From the IMG/VR virus record IMGVR_UViG_3300032290_000758, positions 1 to 55,074 of that record: a stretch of 55,074 bases of DNA. One strand, written 5' to 3'. The stretch is from a virus. Taxonomy: Duplodnaviria; Caudoviricetes. Shown one piece after another: positions 10,253 to 21,390 of the stretch. How positions within the stretch are numbered: the first letter of the stretch is position 1; each line of letters begins with the position of its first letter. The translations under genes and the position numbers were made by a program. The notes under the pieces were generated by a model. The model saw nothing but the letters and a program-made list of their open reading frames with translations, did not search any database and was not told the origin of the DNA.

Positions 10253-11010
10253 TGCCCTTTATATCTACCATAACAGTAAATATCACCCCTGACAAAACAT
10301 ACAAGATTACCGCGCCGGCTAACGTCGATGTGTTCTATTCTGGTGTTAAGGTATGGGGTGGTGGCGCCAATAACTACTTTATAGCAAACGATACAAATAC
10401 GTTTATTGTGCAGTCGGCTAGCACAGTTACTGGTAGTGTCGTGTTAACGGAGATTCTTACTAACTTCTATGAGGCTTATGACGGAGCTGGTGGTACTTGG
10501 GTTTACCCCCAGAGGCTAGACAAATGGACTGGTAAGTATAGCTTCCGCCCAGAGTGGATGAGCATGGTTGCAAATAGGATTGTTTCATTTAAGGAAGGTA
10601 TGCCCAATATACATAATGGCACCTTTAACACCTTCTATGGTAAGGTTTATGACAGCGCCATTGCTGCAGTACATAATGAGGATGGTAATACAGTAAAAGT
10701 ATATAATAATGTGGCTGTAGAAGGGGAGATCCCGGGCAGGATGCATTTCAGAACAGAGGTTCCTAACGTCCAGAGTTCTGACTTAGTTACCAATGAGTTC
10801 GTGGTTCGTGAGGGTGTTAATTATTCTGACATTCTACGTGACCGCATGAGCCCCAATTCTTCAGGCACCTTCGATCAAAAGCTTATGAAAGGCGACAAGG
10901 TTCGGGGTGAGGTTTGTAAATTCCTTTACCTTCTGAATCAGCCAACCACTCGTAAGAGTATTAAGTTCCTATCTATCGGTTACACTCCTTCCACAGGCCA
11001 GAGCGTATAA
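10252..11010 (+). CDS. Tail stabilization (muzzle) protein, C-terminal part
   Basis: TAATG stop/start overlap with the upstream gene; 'KWTGKYSFRPEWM...SFKEG..IHN...FYG' resembles the usual muzzle C-terminal region. Confidence 0.6.
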   Translation: MPFISTITVNITPDKTYKITAPANVDVFYSGVKVWGGGANNYFIANDTNTFIVQSASTVTGSVVLTEILTNFYEAYDGAGGTWVYPQRLDKWTGKYSFRPEWMSMVANRIVSFKEGMPNIHNGTFNTFYGKVYDSAIAAVHNEDGNTVKVYNNVAVEGEIPGRMHFRTEVPNVQSSDLVTNEFVVREGVNYSDILRDRMSPNSSGTFDQKLMKGDKVRGEVCKFLYLLNQPTTRKSIKFLSIGYTPSTGQSV

Positions 11011-11060
11011 TTTCACCCCCTATTTATCAGAGGGTTTAGTATTTCATATTCGAATTTTGC
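11011..11060 (+). promoter_or_regulatory. Late-type promoter of ejection-protein operon
   Basis: TTTCACCCCC at 11011 and GAATTTTGC ending at 11060; spacing identical to four other promoters. Confidence 0.55.
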
Positions 11061-11079
11061 TAAAACTAAATTTTAGTTT

Positions 11080-11694
11080 ATGGGACCATTTGCAGCAGTG
11101 GGTTTAGGCTTACAAGGTTTGGGTAGCGTTTTCGGGGCTATTCAGGGCGCAAAGATGCTTAAAGAAGCCAAGAAGATTAAACCCTTCTATGAGAAATATA
11201 AGACTAGTAATGCCGCCAAGGATATGCTTGGTATGGCACAGACTCGTCTTAATGCAATAAACCCTATGAAGGCGGCTGGTCAAAGACAAGTACAAACATC
11301 TCAGGCTAATGCAATGTCTGGGGTAAACAGAAACGTAACAGACTCAAGCCAAGCTTTGGCTATGGTAGCTGGACTACAAGGTCAGGCTGATCAATCTATG
11401 TTTAATAGAGATATGCAGGATGCTGCGTTTCAACAACAGAACATGGCTAACCTGATGAACGCACAGAATGTAATGATTGGTGAGGACAGAATGAAGTATC
11501 AGGACATGATGAATAAATACATGGTAGATCTAAACCAAAAGAATAACTTAAGATTTGCTGGTCAGCAAAATGTTTTAGGAGCTGTTCAAAACCTAGCAGG
11601 ATCACTATTTGGTGCACAACGACTAGCTAATGACTCAGCAGGTAATGTAGCAAATGGTGGAGCTGGTGCTGGTTTCGCAGCTGGTACTAAGTAA
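11080..11694 (+). CDS. Internal virion (ejection/pilot) protein
   Basis: G/A-rich amphipathic N-terminus and Q/M/A-rich helical body; first of three genes of increasing size. Confidence 0.6.
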   Translation: MGPFAAVGLGLQGLGSVFGAIQGAKMLKEAKKIKPFYEKYKTSNAAKDMLGMAQTRLNAINPMKAAGQRQVQTSQANAMSGVNRNVTDSSQALAMVAGLQGQADQSMFNRDMQDAAFQQQNMANLMNAQNVMIGEDRMKYQDMMNKYMVDLNQKNNLRFAGQQNVLGAVQNLAGSLFGAQRLANDSAGNVANGGAGAGFAAGTK

Positions 11695-11702
11695 TAAATA
11701 AA

Positions 11703-13109
11703 ATGATAAGACCACTCGAATATAGTAATGCGCCTCTTCAGATGCTATCATCTCTTGCAGATGGTATCAAGCAGGAAAAACTTCTTGCAGAAAGAAGGTA
11801 TCAAGAGGAATTTGATCAGGGCTTAAAGCTAGCTCAGATGATTAGCCCAGAAGTTTTAAATAAGAACTTCGATGCTCAAGTTGTTAATGAAGGTATTGGT
11901 GCTGTTAGAAATAATCTTCGTGAGTTTATAAAGAATAATCCAAACGCAGGGCTAGGGCAAATTCAGAGTCAAGTTCAAAAACAAATAGGTACTATATCTG
12001 ATTGGAGTACTAAAGTAAAGACTATTAAGTATAATCTAGAGGAAACATTCAAGCAGATCCCTCAGGATAAGAAAGTAAACAAAGATCGCTGGATGAACGC
12101 AGCTCTAACTAAGGCGTTATATAAAACCAATCCAGATGGCACTAGGACATTTAGAAATTCACAAGAGCTTGACCCTTCATTTGACTATTCAACTGATGTA
12201 TGGAATACAAGCGGTGAAGCCTTTATAGATATACCGGGTGTTAGTGGCGAGATTGATAATAAAATTAAAAATTCATCTACTAATACAGAGACTGTAAAAG
12301 TTTCAGTTGGCGCTACTAAAAATAAGCCCGGCTACACTAAGATGGAAAGCTTAAAGATTCCAACGTGGGCGAGATGGAATGAGTCTGAGAATAGGGTTAC
12401 TGTATTAAAAGACGCTAATGGTGTGATTGACCAAGATGTATATAATCAATTTACTGGAGGATCTAATTCGGAGTATGACAAGTTTGCAAATATTAAAGTA
12501 AAGTCAGCATTTGCATCTGGTCAAACTCTTGGTGGGGTCAAAGCGGAAGATGTGTTTGAGAAAGATGGATCAATCAAAGATCCTACAAAATTTGAGACAG
12601 CAAAGAAAGCGTGGTTGACAGGATACCTAGAGAAGTTTGTTCCTAAAACATCCAATGAGACTACATCAACACAGCCAGCCAGAATGGAGGTTTTAATTAA
12701 TAATAGCACTACCGGAAACGATGACAATGTAATGATTGATGTGGTTAAAAACATCAAGAGCTACATGCAGAACAATCCTAGAAAAAAAGGCATGAACTGG
12801 TACCCGGTTACAGCATTTGATGACGTTTCTCAGGATGTAATTATAAGTGAAGCTCGTAGAAAAACAGGATTAAATAGTCTTGGTCTTGCAGAGCTACAGG
12901 TTCAGGATTTTAACGGGGTCCCTTATATTGTACCATCGAAAGATATTACTGATCCAAACGATCCTACTGTTGTTAAGTATAAAGCTGGCCAACCACTTAC
13001 CCCATTGAGTACAAAGGCTAATATGTCTGCCAATAAATCATTAGGGACTAGAGCTATCAGAGCGGTAGTGACGCGTGATAATAAACGGGATGGAGCTTCG
13101 GAATTATAA
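11703..13109 (+). CDS. Internal virion (ejection) protein
   Basis: Position between the pilot and giant protein genes; charged helical composition. Confidence 0.5.
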   Translation: MIRPLEYSNAPLQMLSSLADGIKQEKLLAERRYQEEFDQGLKLAQMISPEVLNKNFDAQVVNEGIGAVRNNLREFIKNNPNAGLGQIQSQVQKQIGTISDWSTKVKTIKYNLEETFKQIPQDKKVNKDRWMNAALTKALYKTNPDGTRTFRNSQELDPSFDYSTDVWNTSGEAFIDIPGVSGEIDNKIKNSSTNTETVKVSVGATKNKPGYTKMESLKIPTWARWNESENRVTVLKDANGVIDQDVYNQFTGGSNSEYDKFANIKVKSAFASGQTLGGVKAEDVFEKDGSIKDPTKFETAKKAWLTGYLEKFVPKTSNETTSTQPARMEVLINNSTTGNDDNVMIDVVKNIKSYMQNNPRKKGMNWYPVTAFDDVSQDVIISEARRKTGLNSLGLAELQVQDFNGVPYIVPSKDITDPNDPTVVKYKAGQPLTPLSTKANMSANKSLGTRAIRAVVTRDNKRDGASEL

Positions 13110-13119
13110 TAAATAAAAC

Positions 13120-16100
13120 ATGATTGAACAATTGCAACCACAAGATCCTCCATATAGGAAAAGGGTATTTGATCTTTTAGCTGGAAATTTTGATGACTTC
13201 AAAACAAGTGAGCAAGACTTCTACAAAAAACTAGATACAGATCCTGCCTATACAGATAAGGTGTTTGAAGTTCTCAGTTCAAACTTTTACGATTTCAAAC
13301 GCCCTAAGCAGGAGTTTGTTTCAATGCTCGTTGAAAAAAAAAATCCAGTCGAAACTACTACTCCGGATTATACATCAAAGCCTGCGCTTTATGCTCCAAG
13401 ATCTGTCGCTACTTCCCAATCAAAATCACCATCACCTTCGGGCCTCACCTATAACGACATCGAGGCTGTACTAGTAAAGAGTAATGACTTAAGAAAGAAG
13501 GTAGAGAATAACGATAAACTTGCCCTTAAAGCTCAGGAAATGGGCTGGGGTGAAAGTTGGAAGAATCAAGTAAAGCAAGATAAGTCTGCGTACGACGCTG
13601 CGCAATTGGAAAAGAATAGTGTGCTTCAGCAGTATGGTACACAGGTTTCTCGCCCTGTAGATATCCTCATTGAGAACGGCGACTATAAGAAGTTCTTTAA
13701 TGAGGATGATGTATTTGATGAAGGTAAAGCTGTTGCATATTTTCAGAAAGTATCAGAGAAGTACGGTGGCGGCTCCTACCTACAGAATCAGTGGGTAGTT
13801 AATTTAAAGAGTAAAGCACAACTTGAGATGGATAAGCCAAGGTTTAATGCGCTTGTCAGTGAGGAGATGAAGAAGAGCGGGATTAAACCTGAAGATGTTA
13901 ACATTGAAGAAGCCGGCAAGAAACTATTCGATAAACTTACACAAGATAAAAGAGCTACAGCAGAAAGCCTAGTAAAAGAAAGAGACGCTGAAGCTTCAAG
14001 GATGTTTATAACTGCAGATAATAAAGCTAAAGAGGCTGCAACGGTATTTGACCAACAGGCTACAGCTCTTAATGAGCAGATCAAAGCTGGAACTATTACA
14101 TACGAAAATGCAGTAGAGCAGTACGATCAACTTAAAAAACAATACGACCTAGTTATTAAAGGTCTTGACAACGGATACAAAGAAGCGATCCGTAAAGTGA
14201 ATATCAAATTTAACGGTAAGTTTAATCGCATTGAAGACGAGATCAGACAAATCGGATCTACAATTGATGGTGATAAGGCATTTGAATCCCTGCCGCCTGA
14301 TGTGAAAAAGAAATTTCAGCAGGTTTATATAAACGCAAGTACACGCTTATCTGATGAAAAGAATGCAAAAGCAAAAGAGAAAGATAAGAATGCATCGTTC
14401 TTACCTACTGGTCTAAATATTTTCGGTAAGGGTATTGTTTCTGGATTGAATCAAGGTCTTGCAAATATTGGTGAGTATTTGAATATGCAGGGATACAGTG
14501 GCGGGTTGGTCAATTCACTTCGTGGAAGGGCTACTGCAGCTGAATCATTTGCGCCTGCACAATATAAATGGAATAAGGATGAGTGGTTAAAGAGAGCTTT
14601 AGCTTCCACGTCCACATCTATTGGCGCATCTGCTCCTATCTTACTACCTACTATTGGTGCATTAGTTGCTACTGGTGGTGGTGCTGCAGGTGTAGTTGGT
14701 GCTGGTCTTGGTTCATTTGCTGGAGAAAGCGCACAGCTCGGGGGAGAACAGTTTAAGCAGTCACTAACTCAGACAGGAGATGTAGAAGAAGCATCTAAGA
14801 AATCTGAGCAGATGATGCGTGGCAACATGATCACTATGCCACTATACTTTATTGGTGGTATGGGGGATGCTATGATTGCTACTGGTAAAGGATTACGAAA
14901 GCTTGCTACTGGTGTTGCTCTTGAGCAATTAGAAGAAGTACCAACAGAATACATTCAAAGCTATAACCAAGCTGTTGCTAATGGTTATAAGAAAGGTATA
15001 GGCGCATTCATAAAAGAGAACCCAGAGATCGCTGCTGATACATTCATATCAACAGTTGGGCAGGGTGCCGCCATGAAAGGTTTCTCGAAAGCTTTATCGC
15101 CATTACAAAAATTTATTCCTAACTCTACCACTCAGATGTTAACCGACGTGGTTACAAAAAATGGAGTAGATTTTGCCAACGCTCTTATTGATAAGTGGTA
15201 TGAGAATGGTAAGATAAGTAAAGAGGTTGTTGCTACGCTAAAGCAAGACGTTACTAAAATATCTGCAAAGATTCCTAAGTTACAGGAAGCTGGTGTTGAA
15301 GGAGACAAGGCGAAGCTAATGTCTTCACTTTCTGCACAATCCCAAGAGCTTTCTGCAAAGGTTAATGCAGAACAAGATCCTGCACTAAAGGCGGTATACC
15401 AAAACCAGCTTAATGCTCTCAATCAAGATATAAATGATTTGACTAAGGAGAACGCTCCTTATGTTGTATTTAAAGTACCCGGAAGTCAGAATGATACACG
15501 CGTGATGACGGTTCGAGAGTTCAATGCTTTGCCGGCAGAGTCTTCTAGTGATCTAGTAAAGAGCTCAGACGGAATCACTGTCGTAGGTGACGAAGCGCTA
15601 AATCAAAAACTAACTGAACAGAAGAAGCAAGTGGGCAATCCAGAGGGTGTTGCTCCCGGTATTTATACAATAGAATCTGCAGTCACTTCTTCATCTCCAG
15701 AACTATCTATTATAGATAATAAGCCTGCGGGAAAAAGACTTTTTAACGATCCTAACCCTGCAGCTACAGAGATTGAAACTTCCTACAAACAACAAAAGGG
15801 TATCGTAGCCCCAGAGCCTGTAAAGATTGAGAAGCTTGACGAAGCAAAGTCTAAGTCTATAGCAGATGCTTACGATGCTATGCAAGACAACCCTTCAGAT
15901 CCTGAGGTAAAAGCTTCATACGAGGCTATGGCCGGTGAGACGATGGATCAGTTCGGTGCTATAGCTAAATCTGGCGTAGTATTCGAGGTATGGGAAGGAC
16001 AGGGTGAGCCGTACAAGAACTCTGAGGAATTAATTAAAGATGTGCGCGATAACAAGCACATGTATATTTTATCTACTGAGAAGGAATTTGGAGGACAGGC

Positions 16101-19100
16101 TATTACAGATAAGCAAAGAGAAAGAAACCCTCTGCTTAGAGATAGCGGGGCAAAAGATAAAAACGGTAAACCTCTTCTTATAAATGACGTGTTCCGAGGC
16201 GTGCATGACTTCTTTGGACATACGAAACTTGGTAACTCGTTTGGCGCCATAGGTGAAGAGAATGCTTGGAACGTACACGCACGTATGTATAGCCCATTAG
16301 CTAGACGTGCTATGACAACCGAAACTAGAGGGCAAAACTCATGGGTAAACTTCGGGCCTCAGATGAGAAACGAAGATGGATCAATTAAAAAGAAAGGTGA
16401 TCCCGGTTATCTCAGCCCAAGAGAGCGTGCTTTTGCTGAACAAAAAATTGGTTTGTTGCCAGAGGAATTTTCAATCATTGAGGAGTCTTACTCTGTAACA
16501 CCTTCTATAGATAATAGCAATAACATTTCAACTAGTGAGCCCAAAAAAAATATAGCCACAAGACTTAAGAATGAAATCTTTGGCGACACTGATACGAAGG
16601 TTCAGTCAGTACAGAAAGCGCTTAAATCTACTGGCGTTAAGGTTACAATGGTTGATAATGCTGAGGAGTTTGATAAGAGAGTAGCTGAAGCTGGTGGACA
16701 AAGAGGGCTTGAGGGTGTATTCCTTTCTGATACTGGAGAGATATTAATCAATAGGAGTAAACTAGATCAGGGCATTGCTGATGGCAAAGTTGTTTGGCAC
16801 GAAGCCTCTCACCCTGTCGTAAACATTGTAAGAAACACAAACCCAGAACTTTTTAATAAAGTAGTTAGTGGTCTCAATGCCGCCGCTGCAAATAACCAAG
16901 GAGTTGCAGAAGCTCTCGCTTGGGCAAAGCAACAATACAAAGAAGAAGGACAGGGAACTATAGATGACGAGGCAGTGGTAGAGACTATAGCTGGAATCGC
17001 TGAAGGGACTATCGACATTAGCAAACTTTCTACTGGTCTCAAACAATCTATTATAGATATTATCAACCGAATTGCTAAGACATTAGGTTTTGGTCAGGTG
17101 CTTGATGATACAGATGTAGCTGCATTTAAGAAACTCGCCAGTCAAATATCTGAAGCCTTAACTCAGGGCACAGACATCAGTGAGATTGTAGGTCAGGAGA
17201 ATGTGAGGGACTATATGAATAACATCGAGTCCCCTGAGGTAGTTGCAGGTGGCACATTAAATGTACAGGGGCGTGCGACCGATAAACCTGCTATCAATGT
17301 TTACGAATCTAAGGAGGTTGAACCATTGCCACAGAAATCTCTTGAAGAAGTTTATGAGCAGTTTGGGGGTAAAGCAGTAGTGATCAATTCAGATCCTACG
17401 CGTGTAGGAGAGCTTCAGCTCCCTTCCGGTAAAACCATATTCATGTACGGAGGTCCTGCTTACTTAGCAGTAAAGGATAACGTAGAAGGTAGTGTAGGTT
17501 TTGCTACAACACAACAGTCTAAGGTAAACACATGGAGTAAATATATTAAGGGAGTGTTTGACGATAAACCCGGAGTAACGCTTATTGGCACACAGGCGCC
17601 AACATCAATGCTTAGTAACTCTTATGCACTTCGTTATGTAATGGATGCTATCTCAATGCTCCCTAAGAGTGTATTAAGATCTGCAGAGTTTAAGAAAGAG
17701 TTCTTTGGAAAAGATCTGGTTGCATTAAAAGATGCATTCGGTGAAGATGGTTATAATGCATTTGTAAAAAAATATAAAAGTGCTGACTTATCTAACTCGG
17801 AGACTATCGACAAGATGATCTCTGAAATGGCGTACACAGTTGGAGATAATAACTCCCCTGCAAGCTTTAAAGCTAGGGGTGCATTTGTGTCTAACCTGTT
17901 GGGTGGTCTTGCTGCTAAGGCGGATATTAAAACTGTTGAGGGTGATAAGGGATATGTATCTAAGAAGCCTCAGAAGTTTATTGCCAAACAATTGATGGAC
18001 AGACTCGGTATTAATGCCGAGAAGGTGATGTATGAGTTAGGTGAGAAAAGCTTGGTGGATATGTACATGAACGAAGGGAAGTGGGGATTTGCTGTGGCTG
18101 GATTTGAAACAGATCCAAACATTTCTGTACAGGACGTACAGGATAAGGGAGTTACTCACCCATTATTTAACGCTAAGTTCCCCGGGAAGAATGCGTTTAT
18201 ATTAGATGGCGCCTATGATCTAAACCAGATGTTTACTCCTGTTGAAATGACCGGACCTTCTGGTGCACCATACACTAAGACCGCATCACAGATGTTGGCA
18301 GGAAGTATGTATGTAAAGGGGAAGCCTTCAGGTGAACAAGGGTCTTTCGAATACAAGAAAGCGTCACCAGCAGGAAGAAGAATACAAGCATCCAAAGGTA
18401 ACCGCCTCGAGTCTAGCAAAGACTTCAAGCTTGCTGCCTTCGTAATGAGAGAGAAAGCAGAAGGTGCTCCTCTGTCAGAGATCGTCACAGGTATCGCTTC
18501 GGTATTCCCGAGTATGTCACCTGCTGAGATCAAGATTTTAGTAAACGATCCTGAGAATTGGTTGCGTAGTAAGTTCTCTAACCTCAGCCCTGCTCTTCAG
18601 GATAACTTAATATCTAGAGCTAAGGTTCAAAACATTTATGCTCCCACTCCTAATTCTGGCGGTGGTACTACTAACACGGTGCCAATGTCTGCAGTAGAAG
18701 AAGCTATTAAGGAGCCTACTATTAAAGAGAAGGTAAACAAAGCACTCACAAACTTTAAGAATAACTGGATCAATTCAGCTAAAGGGTTACCAGACTGGGT
18801 AATATCTATCAGAGACTTTGCTGCTGGTACAAAACAAATCGAGATCAGTAAGGCGGAATTAACTATCCGCCAGTTAAAAGCTGTTGCTAAGAACATTGGC
18901 TTCAATGATTGGGATGCATTCTCTGAAGCAATGAAGTCTATCCCGGGCCCAGTACAGAAGCCTGTTGGAACTGGTAATAATATGGTTGCGTTTAATCCTG
19001 CACAAGCTGCAGCTGGCGCTCCTTATACTATTCCTAACAATATGCTTCCACAAACAACACCTCCTGCGGTACAGAAGTTACCTCTTGAGATTATACCGTT

Positions 19101-21390
19101 TGTGTATAAGATGCGTGGCCAGATAGATAGTCTAACTAATGACCTTATCGGTAGTGGTTATGTAACCCCCGAGCAGGCCGCAAAGCTAGAGGCAAATCTT
19201 GGTCAGTACGTTAACCGTGCCTACCGTTTGTATAACGAGAAAGGATGGAAGCCGTCGATCGATCAGATCCGTGAGACTGTAAAGTTCTTAGCTGATCAAT
19301 ACATATCAGACATCGCTGCACAACAAGCAGGTGTAATGACTCCTGAAGAAATTCAGAAAAAAGCTATCGAGCGTGCACAGCAAGATGTCAATGAAATACT
19401 AGATAAGAAAACCAATCCATACTTCGCCTCAAGTAATGAGTCCCGTAACATGGGCATCCTTAAAGAGAGAAAAGATATACCTGAACCTATCAGAAAATTA
19501 ATGGGTGAGTACACCGATCCGGGTACTGTATTCATTATGACTGTTGCTAAACAAGCTGCACTTAAAGCAGCTAGTGAGTATCTCACAAAGCTTCGTAACA
19601 TGGGAATGGGTTCTATATTCTTTGAACCTAACGATCCTAATAGACCGGCTAGTGCAAGCGTTCAAATTGCCGGGGAAGGTAGTGATACTAAGTCTCCATT
19701 AAATGGATTATATACCACACCTGATGTAGCTCAAGCTTTAGAATCAGTTGGCCCTACTTATAATGAAGTAGTGGATCTGTGGATGAAAGTTGTAGGTGCA
19801 GTAAGATGGGGTAAGACGGTTGGATCTGTTAAGACGCAAATCTTAAACTTTGAGTCTAACCTTGGATTCGCAGTGATGAACGGGCTGCTGATGACTGGTA
19901 ATACAGGAAAGGCATTTAATGAAGGACGGAAGTATGTCGGTGGCCAGTACTCTCAAAAAGAAATTAGTGCCATCACAGAAAAGGCTATTAAGCTGGGGCT
20001 GGTTAACCAGAGTGTGAGTGGTATGGAACTGCAAAAGATGCTGGGCTCGGGGGACATCCACGACATCGCATTAGATCTAGCAGTAAACCCAGACTCTAAA
20101 TATCGTATGGCTAAGAAAGCTCCCGGTAAAGTATTGGGTGAGTTCAATAAGCTGTACAGAATGGGGGATGATTTCTGGAAGGTGTATGCGTATATCAGCG
20201 AAAGAGAGTTAGTATCTAAGGCGCTTTTCAATAAAAAGTATGATCAGCTGACAGATACAGAGCAAGCCGATGTAGATGTTGAGTCTAGTGAGAGAGTAAA
20301 GAATACATGGCCAACATACGACAGGGTATTCCCTGCTGTGAAAGCAATCTCTGAGAAGACTCCGATCTTCGGTAACTTCATCAGCTTCCGGGCAGAGTCT
20401 CTTCGTGTACTCGCCAATTCTATCTCAATGGCGATGAAAGATCTGAAGAGTGACAACCCCGGGTTCCAAGGTTTGGGTGCTAGAAGAATGGCGGGAATAC
20501 TTTCTTATATCGCTATCAGAAGTGGTATAACCCATGCATTTGCACAGGCTGCTGGTATGGCCGCGTCTGGATTAACTGGTCTTTTGTTTGGAGGAGATGA
20601 TGAGGAGGGGCGTAAAAAGCGTGCTATCAAGCAAGCTGCTCCACCATTCATGCACACGCAGGATATCGCTGTAATCCCTACAAAAGAACCACACAAATTC
20701 ATCGTGTACAGTCTGTCTGGTATCGATCCGTATAACACTACGTTCAATACACTTAACGCGCTCACAGATGGTACTGCCACAATGAATCCCGGGGCTTCGG
20801 CTGCATTCACTGAATTCTTTGGTGGGTTTTTAAGTCCGGAGATGACGTTCAATACAGCATGGTCTGTGCTTACAAATACAAATCCAAAAAATGGCGACCG
20901 AATTGTTGGTGCTACTGACGACGGCTCTGAAGCTTATGCTAAAGTTGGAGCTTACTTATTTGATGAACTGAAACCTTCTACGATCGGGATGATACAGCGA
21001 CTAGCTGGAGATAATCCTAAGGCAGAGCTGTCTTCACTATTGGGTGCAAAGCCTTACGAGGTTGACCTGCACAAGTCCTTTTCATTTGCAATGAGTGATA
21101 TGGGTAAGCAGATTGAAGAGATCAACCGCCAGTACAATAGGGTTAAGTATGATACTAAATCTAGTGCTGAGGATAAGAAGCTGGCACAGGCAGAAGCTGA
21201 GCAGAAGAAGTCTCTCCTGATTCAGCGTATGAATCAGCGAATGAATGACTACATTCTTGTCGGTGCAGATCCGAAAGAACTCAAGAGTATTATACTACAG
21301 AGATCAACTATCAAAACCACAGGATTCGACAAGCCTACCAAATTTGGAATCATTACAGGTAAGGTTAATGAACAGATTCTATATAAGTAA
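13120..21390 (+). CDS. Giant internal virion/ejection polyvalent protein with zincin-like metallopeptidase motif
   Basis: 2756 aa; coiled coils; hydrophobic Gly-rich stretch; HDFFGH motif (nt 16204); HEASH zincin motif (nt 16798); helical C-terminal region. Confidence 0.7.
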   Translation: MIEQLQPQDPPYRKRVFDLLAGNFDDFKTSEQDFYKKLDTDPAYTDKVFEVLSSNFYDFKRPKQEFVSMLVEKKNPVETTTPDYTSKPALYAPRSVATSQSKSPSPSGLTYNDIEAVLVKSNDLRKKVENNDKLALKAQEMGWGESWKNQVKQDKSAYDAAQLEKNSVLQQYGTQVSRPVDILIENGDYKKFFNEDDVFDEGKAVAYFQKVSEKYGGGSYLQNQWVVNLKSKAQLEMDKPRFNALVSEEMKKSGIKPEDVNIEEAGKKLFDKLTQDKRATAESLVKERDAEASRMFITADNKAKEAATVFDQQATALNEQIKAGTITYENAVEQYDQLKKQYDLVIKGLDNGYKEAIRKVNIKFNGKFNRIEDEIRQIGSTIDGDKAFESLPPDVKKKFQQVYINASTRLSDEKNAKAKEKDKNASFLPTGLNIFGKGIVSGLNQGLANIGEYLNMQGYSGGLVNSLRGRATAAESFAPAQYKWNKDEWLKRALASTSTSIGASAPILLPTIGALVATGGGAAGVVGAGLGSFAGESAQLGGEQFKQSLTQTGDVEEASKKSEQMMRGNMITMPLYFIGGMGDAMIATGKGLRKLATGVALEQLEEVPTEYIQSYNQAVANGYKKGIGAFIKENPEIAADTFISTVGQGAAMKGFSKALSPLQKFIPNSTTQMLTDVVTKNGVDFANALIDKWYENGKISKEVVATLKQDVTKISAKIPKLQEAGVEGDKAKLMSSLSAQSQELSAKVNAEQDPALKAVYQNQLNALNQDINDLTKENAPYVVFKVPGSQNDTRVMTVREFNALPAESSSDLVKSSDGITVVGDEALNQKLTEQKKQVGNPEGVAPGIYTIESAVTSSSPELSIIDNKPAGKRLFNDPNPAATEIETSYKQQKGIVAPEPVKIEKLDEAKSKSIADAYDAMQDNPSDPEVKASYEAMAGETMDQFGAIAKSGVVFEVWEGQGEPYKNSEELIKDVRDNKHMYILSTEKEFGGQAITDKQRERNPLLRDSGAKDKNGKPLLINDVFRGVHDFFGHTKLGNSFGAIGEENAWNVHARMYSPLARRAMTTETRGQNSWVNFGPQMRNEDGSIKKKGDPGYLSPRERAFAEQKIGLLPEEFSIIEESYSVTPSIDNSNNISTSEPKKNIATRLKNEIFGDTDTKVQSVQKALKSTGVKVTMVDNAEEFDKRVAEAGGQRGLEGVFLSDTGEILINRSKLDQGIADGKVVWHEASHPVVNIVRNTNPELFNKVVSGLNAAAANNQGVAEALAWAKQQYKEEGQGTIDDEAVVETIAGIAEGTIDISKLSTGLKQSIIDIINRIAKTLGFGQVLDDTDVAAFKKLASQISEALTQGTDISEIVGQENVRDYMNNIESPEVVAGGTLNVQGRATDKPAINVYESKEVEPLPQKSLEEVYEQFGGKAVVINSDPTRVGELQLPSGKTIFMYGGPAYLAVKDNVEGSVGFATTQQSKVNTWSKYIKGVFDDKPGVTLIGTQAPTSMLSNSYALRYVMDAISMLPKSVLRSAEFKKEFFGKDLVALKDAFGEDGYNAFVKKYKSADLSNSETIDKMISEMAYTVGDNNSPASFKARGAFVSNLLGGLAAKADIKTVEGDKGYVSKKPQKFIAKQLMDRLGINAEKVMYELGEKSLVDMYMNEGKWGFAVAGFETDPNISVQDVQDKGVTHPLFNAKFPGKNAFILDGAYDLNQMFTPVEMTGPSGAPYTKTASQMLAGSMYVKGKPSGEQGSFEYKKASPAGRRIQASKGNRLESSKDFKLAAFVMREKAEGAPLSEIVTGIASVFPSMSPAEIKILVNDPENWLRSKFSNLSPALQDNLISRAKVQNIYAPTPNSGGGTTNTVPMSAVEEAIKEPTIKEKVNKALTNFKNNWINSAKGLPDWVISIRDFAAGTKQIEISKAELTIRQLKAVAKNIGFNDWDAFSEAMKSIPGPVQKPVGTGNNMVAFNPAQAAAGAPYTIPNNMLPQTTPPAVQKLPLEIIPFVYKMRGQIDSLTNDLIGSGYVTPEQAAKLEANLGQYVNRAYRLYNEKGWKPSIDQIRETVKFLADQYISDIAAQQAGVMTPEEIQKKAIERAQQDVNEILDKKTNPYFASSNESRNMGILKERKDIPEPIRKLMGEYTDPGTVFIMTVAKQAALKAASEYLTKLRNMGMGSIFFEPNDPNRPASASVQIAGEGSDTKSPLNGLYTTPDVAQALESVGPTYNEVVDLWMKVVGAVRWGKTVGSVKTQILNFESNLGFAVMNGLLMTGNTGKAFNEGRKYVGGQYSQKEISAITEKAIKLGLVNQSVSGMELQKMLGSGDIHDIALDLAVNPDSKYRMAKKAPGKVLGEFNKLYRMGDDFWKVYAYISERELVSKALFNKKYDQLTDTEQADVDVESSERVKNTWPTYDRVFPAVKAISEKTPIFGNFISFRAESLRVLANSISMAMKDLKSDNPGFQGLGARRMAGILSYIAIRSGITHAFAQAAGMAASGLTGLLFGGDDEEGRKKRAIKQAAPPFMHTQDIAVIPTKEPHKFIVYSLSGIDPYNTTFNTLNALTDGTATMNPGASAAFTEFFGGFLSPEMTFNTAWSVLTNTNPKNGDRIVGATDDGSEAYAKVGAYLFDELKPSTIGMIQRLAGDNPKAELSSLLGAKPYEVDLHKSFSFAMSDMGKQIEEINRQYNRVKYDTKSSAEDKKLAQAEAEQKKSLLIQRMNQRMNDYILVGADPKELKSIILQRSTIKTTGFDKPTKFGIITGKVNEQILYK

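Noticed and set aside
13265-20852. Many antisense and alternate-frame ORFs within the giant gene and other long genes
   Set aside because: They are shadow ORFs of long coding frames, with no motifs or initiation context
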